Positions 53,649 through 64,000 of a stretch of 64,000 bases of DNA are shown here, in pieces. A model generated the notes under the pieces. It saw nothing but the letters and a program-made list of their open reading frames with translations. It did no database searches and had not been told where the DNA came from. Within the stretch, counting starts at the first letter, position 1. Each line of letters opens with the position of its first letter. The stretch comes from Bispira polyomma. Lineage: Eukaryota. The stretch is taken from contig OZ287751.1 in the NCBI GenBank assembly GCA_965649765.1, positions 65,720,001 to 65,784,000 on the forward strand. Reading direction: 5' to 3'. The position numbers and the translations under genes are program-made.

Positions 53649-55850
53649 GGTCAACCACAAAAGAAACTTTCTGATGGATATCGCCAGTATAGTCCTACTA
53701 AACTTCAGTCTGCATATAAATCTGTCATTCAGGATAAATTAAGTGTAGCAAAGGCTTCTAAGATTTATGGTGTGCCGGATTCTACACTGAGGGATAGTGT
53801 GGATGGGCATATTCATATTAACTGCATTAAATCAGGCCCCAAGCCATTGTTTGATGAATATGAGGAAGCAAAGCTTGTCGAACCTGTAAAATACCTAGGT
53901 TGTATTGGTTATGGATACACAAGGCAACAAGTCATTGATGCAGCCAGTGATTTTGGTGAAACAGTAAATAAAATAAACCACTTTCTACTAAATGGTTTTA
54001 TGGTTAAATGAAAAGGTGGCCCTCCTTAAAAGTTACTAAACCTAGTGGTTTGTCAGTTGCAAGAGCGAAAGGCGCCAACCCAACTGTCATAAAGAGGTAT
54101 TATGAAGACCTAAACTCAATGATGACCAAGTACAACCTCTATGATTTTCCAGCAAATATTTATAACATTGACGAAAAGGGAATATCAGCAGAACACTCAC
54201 CACCATATGTTGTATCTGGCTGTGAAATAACAACTCCTCAAACCATTAGTTCACCTCGTGTGACGGTGACCATCATTGAATGTGGAAATGCGATTGGCAC
54301 CGCATTACCCCTACTTTGTATTTCCAGGAAACGAATGAGGTTTTTATGATTGACCTAGTTATTGTTTGATTATATTGACTTGTTTATTTATTTTATGCAA
54401 GCTTTTGCAAAACAATGACAATTTTTAACAAGCATTTATACTTTAACTGACCAATATAGGTATGTAGTTTGCCGATATCCACCAATATTAGACAAATAAT
54501 ATTTCTTTGACATTGATCAAAAACATTTTTCTTTTAGGTCAGAGCTACTCCAAAATGTAACTCCTGGAACAGCTGGAACAATGTCACCTAGCAGATGGTC
54601 AAACACTGAAATCTTTAGGAAATATCTAGCTAGTGGTGTCATCACGAACGACGATTGCGCACATTCACCGGTGATGATATGCCTGGGCGATAATCGGGAG
54701 TTTACAAATGTGCGCGATGCATCTCACACAAATAAAATAAAGAAATGTATATATACATTTAAAGCCCATGGATTAAAAAGTAAAATATTTTGCCATATAT
54801 ATTCTATCATATATCAACGAAACGTCCCGAAAACGGCTTTGATCTATTCCAGCATGTATTTTTCATGTGTATCATCGTTAGGAGTACCCCAAAGCACCAA
54901 CTTCCATATAAGGATATTTAACGTTGACTCGGCAGTAATCGCTCACATATATTACCTTATATCTATTTTTCAATGCTGTGGTTATATACAGTACACAGCA
55001 AACACGAGTTACAGTTATAAGTTATTTTAATTTATGTGACTATAACTGTAGTCGGGGATATGATTATTTAGAAACTTAAGAAAATATTTAACTTTAAAAA
55101 TCCATGTGCTTCAATAACGATAAATACCGCGATATCGCTCACGGTCCACTCCACAGCCTCGATTCACAATATACACTGGCGATGACACCACTATATCTAG
55201 CTGAACATTTTGTTTCTTATGCACAGGCAGGAGGGGCTGAGTATAAACTTGTACTTTATGATGGACACAGAATTCACACTCATTCTTCTATAATTGATTG
55301 GGCAAAATAAAATAAAATGATCCTTTTTGTCTTGCCACCACACACAAGCCAGGTATTGTAACCATTAGATATTGGGTGTTTTGGCCTATTACAAAAAATC
55401 TACAATAATGAAGTGCAGAAATATCTTAGATCAAATCCTGGTGAAATAATCAGCAGTATGAGGTTGCAATGATGGCTTGTAGTGCTTACAGAAAGGCTCT
55501 CACTCAATCTAACCTGGTTTCCTCTTTCAAAAAATCTTTTGATAGCGAGGCATTTGATCAGAGTATCCTCACAAAATATTTGAGTCTGACCTCAGAGTTC
55601 TGGACCACTCGCCTTAGGAGGGGAACGAACATCCCAGTGAGGACACAAATAAGTTCATTTCAGTCTTAGCACAAAATCTTACTGTACCCCAAAAATAAAT
55701 CAAACCTAGAAACACAAAGTAAAATCACATCTGGCAAATTCATTATGGAAGATAACATTGCAACTGCTGTTCATAATCATGTTGAACAGTACAGTGAAAA
55801 AGGTAAGAAAACTCAGAGTAGTATATATAGCAACAGCACAGGTAGAATAA
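53649..55850 (+). pseudogene. Decayed pogo/Tigger-like DDE transposase (HTH_psq, CENP-B-type HTH, DDE_1)
   Basis: SVAKASKIYGVPDSTLRD, GYGYTRQQV, IYNIDEKG, LVLYDGHRIH, FVLPPHTSQVL*PLDIGCFG. Contains frameshifts and stops, a probable intron at ~54340-54537, and a MITE insertion. Confidence 0.85.
54631..55193. mobile_element. hAT-type MITE inserted in the pogo-like transposase
   Basis: Perfect 13-bp TIRs TAGTGGTGTCATC / GATGACACCACTA and perfect 8-bp TSD TATCTAGC (54623-54630, 55194-55201). Confidence 0.9.
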
Positions 55851-56520
55851 GCAATCCAAACTAAAAACTTTTTGTCAATTTACTAGTGTTCATCCATATT
55901 GCTTTATAAATTAAATTGTACAACAAAATTGTATCAACTATATGTGTTTTTAATAAAAAAAACTAACTGTTACTTATTTCCTTTATACGTATGTAAATGG
56001 ATTTTATTTGTAGTGCGACTTTAACTTTTAGTTGCTGGCACTTGTTTACCCTTATTCAGACTTTTCCTTGTGTGATCCAAAAGATCATGTGATTCCCGAA
56101 AATAGGTCACACTGTTGTTTATTTAAATGATATACGTGCTATTTCATAGCTTTGTAAAAGTAAAAATTCCCAAACTTAGTCAGATTTTAGGTTTTTTTGT
56201 ACAAAGAAATATCAAAGAGGGAATTTACATTGTCTTTTAAATATTTGATACGGTAAATAAACGACAGTTAAGTTTTTTTGCTTATTCTCCCGAAAACTGG
56301 TTACGCGAGGATATGACAATTTATTGTACCAACATCTGTGGTCATAACAGTGTCTTCGAAAATAAAGAAATTATACTTCTTACAAGAATACCAGTAGTAC
56401 TATTAGTACTAGTACTATTAGTACTTGTACTATTAGTTAGTACTATACCTCGGACAATTGCTTGGAGTGGGATGGATTCGGATACTGCCCCAAAAACCGC
56501 CCTGCAAAATACCCGCAAAA

Positions 56521-57829
56521 GTATATACTAAAAGCTGGAGGTGCAGTTGGAGGTGTAGCCGCACCCCCTCACCCTTTTGCGCACTCCCTATTGTAATCAG
56601 AGTGAGGTTGATTGTTTATCCTCCAACAGTATTGAAAGAGGTAATGTAGCTATTTCTCAACCGATTTAGATGCAACAAAAAGCTCAGTGTTCACAATAAA
56701 ATAGACTTTTTTATCATATTTTTGTTAAATTTTTAGCTGCAGTAAGTCCTGACTTATTAATAAATTCAACTGCCGCATCCCTCCAAGTAAAGAGACTTGG
56801 AGGTCTACTTGGAGGTCTAGGGTGCGGTATATATGGAGTTAGTGTGACGCCCCACTCCTAGGTGTCTTCACTGGTCACTTCTATAATACCCTAGCTTAAG
56901 TCAGGCTGAGTAGCTGAATTCAAACTTAAATATCTCCGCTATTATTCAACTGATTTCAATGCAACAAAAAGCATAGTGTTCACAATAAAATTAGCTTTCT
57001 TATATTTTTGTTTAATTTTTGTTTAGCTGCAGTAATTTCAGACTTATTAATAAAACCAACTGCTGCACCCCTCTAAGTAAAACGACTTGGAGGTCCACTT
57101 GGAGGTCTAGGGTGCGGTATATATGTAGTTATAGTATGCCGCCCCACCCCTAGGTGTCTCCACTAGTCACTCCTACAATACCCTAGCTTAAGTTAGGATG
57201 GGTAGCCGAATTCAAACTTAAATATCTCAGCTGTTTCTCAACCGATTTAGATGCAACGAAAAGCTCAGGGTTCACAATAAAATAAGCTTTCTTATCGTAT
57301 TTTTTTTTTCAATTTTTTAGCTGCAGTAAGTCCTGACTTTTAAATGAATCTGTGTCATAAATTTTGATATATAGTGCAATTTATTGATATAAACAATTAT
57401 ATCTTCATAACCATTTTTGATTAAAATTGTTAAACCCATCAAAAAGTACATGATTAGAGCTTTCTGGTGAAACCAAAATGAATATTTGAGTTGAAGTATT
57501 GAGATAGATAGAGCAATTCCAATCAACTCCAACTCCACCACACCCCTACATCGCCACTGCACCCCTTTAGCAATTTATTGATATAAACAATTATATCTTC
57601 ATAACCATTTTTGATTGAAATTGTTAAACCCATCAAAAAGTACATGATTAGAGCTTTCTGGTGATACCAAAACGAATATTTGAGGTGAAGTATTGAGATA
57701 GGTAGAGCAATTCCAATCAACTCCAACTCCACCACACCCATACATTGCCACTGCACCCCTCCACCGCACCCCTCCATCGCCACCGCACACCTCCATCGCC
57801 ACCGCACCCCTCCAGCATTTAGTATGTAC
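56521..57829. mobile_element. Non-autonomous Mutator-like element with internal tandem repeats
   Basis: 21-bp TIR GTA(T/C)ATACTAAA(A/T)GCTGGAGG; 9-bp TSD cccgcaaaa / cctgcaaaa; internal ~290-bp x3 and ~190-bp x2 repeats. Confidence 0.7.
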
Positions 57830-59324
57830 CCTGCAAAACTGCCCTGGTGTTTTTATTGGTGATTTTCTTGAAAATTTCAACTGGTTGAATGGACGTATTT
57901 ATGTGAATACTTCACCTAAAATATTCGTTTTGGTATGGTCAGAAAGCTTTGATTATGTACAATACTACAATTGAATACAAATAAATGGTTATGGGTAATC
58001 CCACATAATAAGTATGGCCTTCCTATGCAGCTTCGTCGTAGTTAGTTTGTGACGATCACTAATACCAATTGCAAGGCAGTTATTTATAAAAAATTTATGA
58101 CATACATACCATTAATGTTATTCCAGTGTAATTCCTGCTTAGTATTCATAAAATAATCTTTTTTTAACAAAAATATGACTGCAGGTAGTGAGCTTCTTCC
58201 ATATTTGTGTATAATCAAAACACTTTATAAATTTGGCGCATGGTAGTTTCTCCAAAAAAATCTCTCAATACAGTAAAGGCATGCATTTTTGCTACACAGT
58301 TTAAGTCTCATTTTATTTATTCATAGTGGTCATTGTAAAATTGATGCAAAAACCTTCCAATGAAACAGTTTAACTAAAAAGTAACTTGTATATACAAATA
58401 TTTAGAAATGTTACTGTAAAACGAAATATTTGTTTTTAATTCCAAATTGTGTCAAAGTCATTGTTCGCTGAGTGTATTTTCACAATACGGACAAAAAAAC
58501 TGCGGTTAATTGCAGGCAACTTAGGTTTTGGGGATGACAAAACCTTAAATGAACCCAATGACCACATCTTGTGACAGAACATTTAGCCCAGTTGATGATA
58601 GTGCTGCAATCAGAGGCGGTTTGCAAGATTGATGATCGAAGTCTGCGGATCGAGTTGAACTCGAGTCAACTCGAGTGTGAAATGTATGTGAGATGAACAT
58701 TATGATACCTGTTCAGGTTGTTTTCTGTGTGTTAACTTGATTGTGATTTATACCAATCACTTTAATCTATTATAAGTTTATTTAAACATATATGAAAAGG
58801 CAGATACTTGTTACCTGTTTTTGTTACATTGTTCAGAGGTACTATGTAAACAAAATGTAATTGACAGGTAACTTTCTGCAGGTAGAGATCATACATTATT
58901 ACGTTCTGAATAATTTTATAAGTTAGGTCACAAAGTTAACAACACACATTTATTAAACACTAAATTAAGTTAGTATGAATACAAATACAACAGACAAATA
59001 CTTTTGTCAACTCTATGCATGAGATTCTCAAAATAGAGAGATTAAAAATCAAGAAATCATAACTTTTATTTTGAAAACCAGTCAAAAAACAAAAACATCA
59101 ATGGAAATAGTATATAATGAAAAATGTCTCTGGAAATAAATTGTCCATCAGAATCAAATATTCGAAAATTGATATTTATATTCCTTGTCAAATCACGCAG
59201 AAAGCACTAACTCATTGCAAAACTTACAAATGTATGAAAATATGCAGACCAAATTAACTAAATGTAAGACACATGTCTTTCAAAAAACTTTTCAAAAAAC
59301 TTTTCAAAGTGTTCGATCCCTTTA

Positions 59325-61710
59325 CTAAATGTGTGATCTTTATTTTCTGATAGTTCTTATTTAAGAACAAAAGCATGTCCAAGTTGTCGGATGCCAATGC
59401 AGCCCGTTTCTAATTTATAATGTTACCGCACAGACTAAAAAAAAAGTTCCCTCGGAACACTACTGGCTGGAATGCAAAGGAATTTTTTGGCCACTTTTGC
59501 TACATTTGGGTACCTTACCTGATGGTCTGTCCACCAGTCCAAAGCTCTAACTGTGCTGCTTTCAGCTGACAAAAACAGTTCATTTCACGATTTAAAGAAG
59601 ACTCCTTATGAGCTTTGCTACCTGATTGATTATCATTTGGGAAGAATATTTCGTCAAGCTATTCCATTACATCAGGCTTAAGTTTTTTTTTGGCTTGAGG
59701 CTAATAACCAATGGGACAAGGAACACTGACATTGCTTAAAGCCATTTCCTGCTTTATTTGGGCCTTAGTATCTTGGAATACTTCAAAAACAGGGGCCTTA
59801 TCCAACACCTGCAAAGTATTAGCAAGAAGTTGTTGCTCAAATTGAGAACTAGAAATTTCAGAGCTGGATTCCATTTTTAAGGTAGAGACATTGTTTTGTG
59901 CATGGTCATTTTTCGTGCTAAATACTTCAAGTCGGAGGTTGGTGTGGGCTAATTGTTTTTTATTCTTAGAAAATTCAATTGTTTGGACCTTGGATGAAGG
60001 AGTGAGGCCAGTGACAAGGCTTTTCTTTGCTCAGGGGCTACATTTCTTTTTTATAAATTATCAAATGCCTTAGTTTTCATGTTTGATCATAGAAGTTTTC
60101 ATGTTTGATCATAGAAGTGTCATCTTCTTTGATCATGAGGTGCTTTTCCAGTTTAATCGGACCAGGTAAAACTGCGGAAAGTGTAGGCTCACCTTCTCGT
60201 GAGAGGGAAATTGTTGCATCTTTAAATGGTTTGAGCAACCTTACAATTGACTCGACACTTAAGTGATTATTTGTAGTGTAAAGTAACCTCAGATCAGTTT
60301 TGCCCTTTAAACTGAGGGTTTGAGAACACTGCATGCACAGCAGGAGTCTGCTCTTGGAGCCGTCCTAGCATGTCAAGGGTGGAATTTCACCTAGTCTCAC
60401 AATCAGTAATGAATTTATGGCCTTTAGAATCTGGGAAAAGAAGCTTTTTTTTATTAGACAAGCAGCTAGTTGCATTTGAACTGCGATGGAAAAACTGTAC
60501 CACCCGTCTACCCTTACCAGTCAACTCAATTACCTCAGGTATAGATAAAGCGAACTTAACACCAAAGTTTATATTATGACCTATGCATGATATCTGTAAC
60601 CATTCAATAAGCTTAAATGCTTTTAATTCACTTAAGGCATTGTCAGTCATCTCAATTGGCTTTGGAAACCCCCATTCTAGTTTTACATTGGCTAACTGAT
60701 GTTTTATAGTGTCAGCCGTATGCTGACCTACTACCTTTCTGGTTTGCAAAACAACATTACATAATTTCCAGTCACTGTTAATGAAATGAAGAGTTATTGT
60801 CCCGTAACTGTCTGTAGCAATCGAGGTCCACCCGTCGTGTGTTATTGCACAGGTTTCCAGGTCACCAATAACATCCTTCAGCTTTGCAGCAGTTGTGTTG
60901 TACATCACTCCAAGGTGATTCTCCATTATAGTTCGACGTGAAGCAACTTGGTACCTACATTAATATACCAATTTTTCAGTTGTGCATAAATGTTGCACCA
61001 AATAAATTTTTATTAATGAGTAAATGCAGAATTACTAGTTGAATAAATTTGAATTTGTTGTATTTTTCTACATTGTCATATTTCTGGTTAACAATAAAGT
61101 TGCTTTAAAATATTTGTTATTGTTTAACAAAGGCTGAGTTAGAAAGAAATAGTTTATAATTTTTTTTTTTTATTTTTTTTAAATAATAGAAATAGTTTAT
61201 AATAGTTTAGCCAGAGATGGGGGCAAAGCCCCTAAACCCCTTGTTAAAATTTTGAAGTGGGGATTATGACGTCATATTGCTACCAAAAAACTGCATTCCA
61301 GCCCAAAACACTATTCTTTTTTAAATGTTTTTGAAATTATATTTTGTGAAACTTACCTAGGTTCAAACTTCTCAATCATCTATCAAAAACCACTCCCCTC
61401 AACTGTAGATATAAGTTTTACATCTATCAAAAACTTACAGATAGCTTGGTTAAACTCCTGCTGCTTTACATATGGTAAAGGTCCCAAGTTTGGACGTTTT
61501 GTAGTTAGCAAGGTAGTAATGCTTGGTTGTGTTGGTTTCTCATGTGATAGTGACTTATATCAGGATGCTTGGCCATCATGTGGCTCCTAAGTGTAGTCTT
61601 GTGGCCAGTATAAACATACTCAGCATCACAAATCTTGCACACTGCTTTATTCTTGTAAATTTCTCCAGAAACCAGAGTACATTCAAACAGCAGCCTTCCC
61701 ACTGCTGAAG
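59325..61710 (-). pseudogene. Decayed hAT transposase (ZBED1-like: BED finger, DDE core, dimerization domain)
   Basis: AVCKICDAEYVYTGHKTTLRSHMMAKHP, AITHDGWTS, CIGHNIN, ETRWNSTLDML, LLKPFKDATISLS, WWTDHQVRYPNVAKVAKKFLCIPASSVP. Frameshifted; intron at ~60956-61357. Confidence 0.88.
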
Positions 61711-62029
61711 TCCACTAAGTGTTTTTCTTATTATTATTTGGTTCGAGTTTCTTTCAATTATTTAAAACAATTGTAAAAAAGACAAAATATTTAGACAGAT
61801 TTTGAAAATAAAAAAATGCATGTTCAAGTTCGTCATATAGGCCCTGTGACACCCTACTTAGGATATTGTCTGACGTTACAATCGGAACAAAAACATTTCT
61901 GATGGATAATAAGGCATTGTATTTGGCATAACATATGTATCAGTGAACAAGTTTACTTTTGTTTTCAAAAAGGAAGAATGGTATTTATTGATGTATTTAT
62001 TAGGTGATTCAATCAAGTTTGTGATTGTT

Positions 62030-63560
62030 AAATCGAGTTTTACTGTATTATCACCCAGCCAGTTGCAACTTGAGTTTTGCCTGACTTGTCGCAGCACTAA
62101 TTGACAATGGTGAGGTTTATACATTGCTGAAGAGCAGGAGGGCTATGTTGTGAGCAAACCCAACATGGCTCAGTGTCGTCATCTTCTTCATCAGACCAAT
62201 GAGCTAGTATATCAAGGAGAATAGTAGATGGACCTGGCTTAGAAGGTGACCAAGGAACCTTGGTTTGGTAGATCTCTCACTGAAACTTCTTGTTGGTTTA
62301 ATATCAACCTGTGACCGAATCACTGGACCGTCATAAATTTTGTTACTGCATCCCTCACCATCACTTTCAATTTGTTTTGTTTCATCATTGACATTAACTG
62401 TCTTCTTCCTCTTATCTTTTACTGATTCCCTGTCTTTTATTATATCACAACCTATAAAATAAAGAGTTGTGGCGGCATTTTAAAGTGACCTTAATAATCA
62501 CCTTGTAATATTTGTATGAACATTAAAACATCAGAAACAAAATAGGAAGTGCATAACTAATTTTTTAATTACCTGGGCTTTTAGTGATGGCCATTCCCCC
62601 AGCCTCTATTGGGAACCTTCTCTTTGGTTGAGGTGTTGCAGCAATCTTTGGTCTAACATATCTGTTAGTGTGGGATCAATTTTTGGTTCTCCTGAGGTGG
62701 TTACTGTCGTAGCTTGAGCTGGTTTATATGTGGAAGGATGTATGGGTTTGTCAGCATCAAATGGATACAATGTATTTGATGATTAAAAGTTAGTTATACT
62801 CATTTTGTTTTGTTGTCTGCAAGATTGTATTATGTGTAAGATATAGAATATATGTGCTTGGGATTTTATGAAACTATTTATATCAGAAAAAGCAATATTT
62901 ACACTGATATGATTGATTATACCTGTTTTTTTTCAAAGGAATGCTGACTGTTCAGGGGCGTCATAGCTATGGCGTAGGCTCTCCTGACTGTGGAAATTAA
63001 TGGTGGCATGTTGTATTTGTGAGTAACTCACCAGGATGATCTTTTAGATGACGATGAGCTGAGCTATTCTATGCCTTATCAAGTGGGCTGAAGCAGCCAA
63101 CATGAAGGGGTTGTAATAAATGACTGGAGTGTGGTGGTAGAATAAACAATACAATTTTTTTCACTTAGCGACCAGTGTATCAGCTCAGAACTAATGTGTG
63201 TTGTGAAGCCATCCTACAATATCAGGAGATGAGAATCATTGCTTTGAACAGCGAACTTCAGAAAATTATCTGAAATATTGTCGAATTTAACCAACCGAAT
63301 TCTGATATGGCAAAACCACATCCAGGGCAGACATTTTTGACCAAGTCATCATTTAACCTTTCTCCTTTGTGTATGAGAAAAGGGTGGAATATTGTTTTCC
63401 AATTGCATTACATACACCGACATGAACAAAGTTATCATGGTTGATCTTGGCGATGTTATTGCTTGTGATGTGTAACCTTACTGGATGCCAGTTTGGGGGT
63501 GAATGTTCGGGCGAAAATCCGGATTCATCAATGTTGTATATGAGGTGGGGTGAAGATAAA
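62030..63560 (-). pseudogene. Second decayed pogo-like DDE transposase with a C-terminal Cys-rich (PHD-like) remnant
   Basis: HLIYNIDESGFSPEHSPP, CNAIG, DGFTTHIS, VLFILPPHSSHLLQPLHVGCFSPL, DEEDDDTEPCWVCSQHSPP; many disablements. Confidence 0.75.
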
Positions 63561-64000
63561 GGTTGTACATTTTGAGTGGTGGAATGTGTCCGCCAGACGT
63601 AAATGACCCATCCCCAAATTTTGGGCTAGATCAACCCGTGCAGTAACCCAATGAAATCAATTTGAAAATTTTCAGCACAGCCCTAGGTATTACAAATGGC
63701 TATAGCGAGACATTTTCACTGGTAAAAGGGTCCGCCAGACAAACCGGAATGACCCATCCCCAGATTTGGGCTAGATCAGATCATGTAGTAACCCGATAAA
63801 ATTAACTGGAAAATTGTATTATATTTTGTTGCACTAGATATCGAGGACATAAGCAAGCGCATATCACCTAAGCAAAATACTACGTAGCTTACAAAAAATG
63901 TATCAATTTTAATATGCCAATCAGTGTGTATTGCTCTTGATTGATTATACTGACAATAATTCTATTTTCTACCAATAAAAATCACCGTTTAAAATAGAAC

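Overview
AT-rich, intron-rich animal genomic DNA, probably from a mollusc or other lophotrochozoan (inferred from the innexin, SINE and satellite-element types). Manual splicing gives three genes. (1) Ten coding exons of ANAPC2 on the minus strand (26779->17442, 543 aa); the C-terminal exons were not found and probably lie left of the window. (2) A complete six-coding-exon innexin on the minus strand (45108->32013, 393 aa). (3) The last exons of an unidentified multi-pass membrane protein gene on the plus strand (5833-10705), apparently nested antisense in the long ANAPC2 intron. The rest is tRNA-derived SINEs, an L2/CR1 fragment, MITEs, satellite-bearing Helentron-like elements, and decayed pogo-like and hAT transposases (53-63.6 kb). 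The standout pattern is that tandem repeats repeatedly straddle exon/intron boundaries. Four of ten ANAPC2 exons, two acceptors of the nested gene, its stop codon and possibly one innexin donor have been copied into arrays of 2-11 units, each carrying a duplicate splice site (or CDS end), while the coding sequence stays intact.
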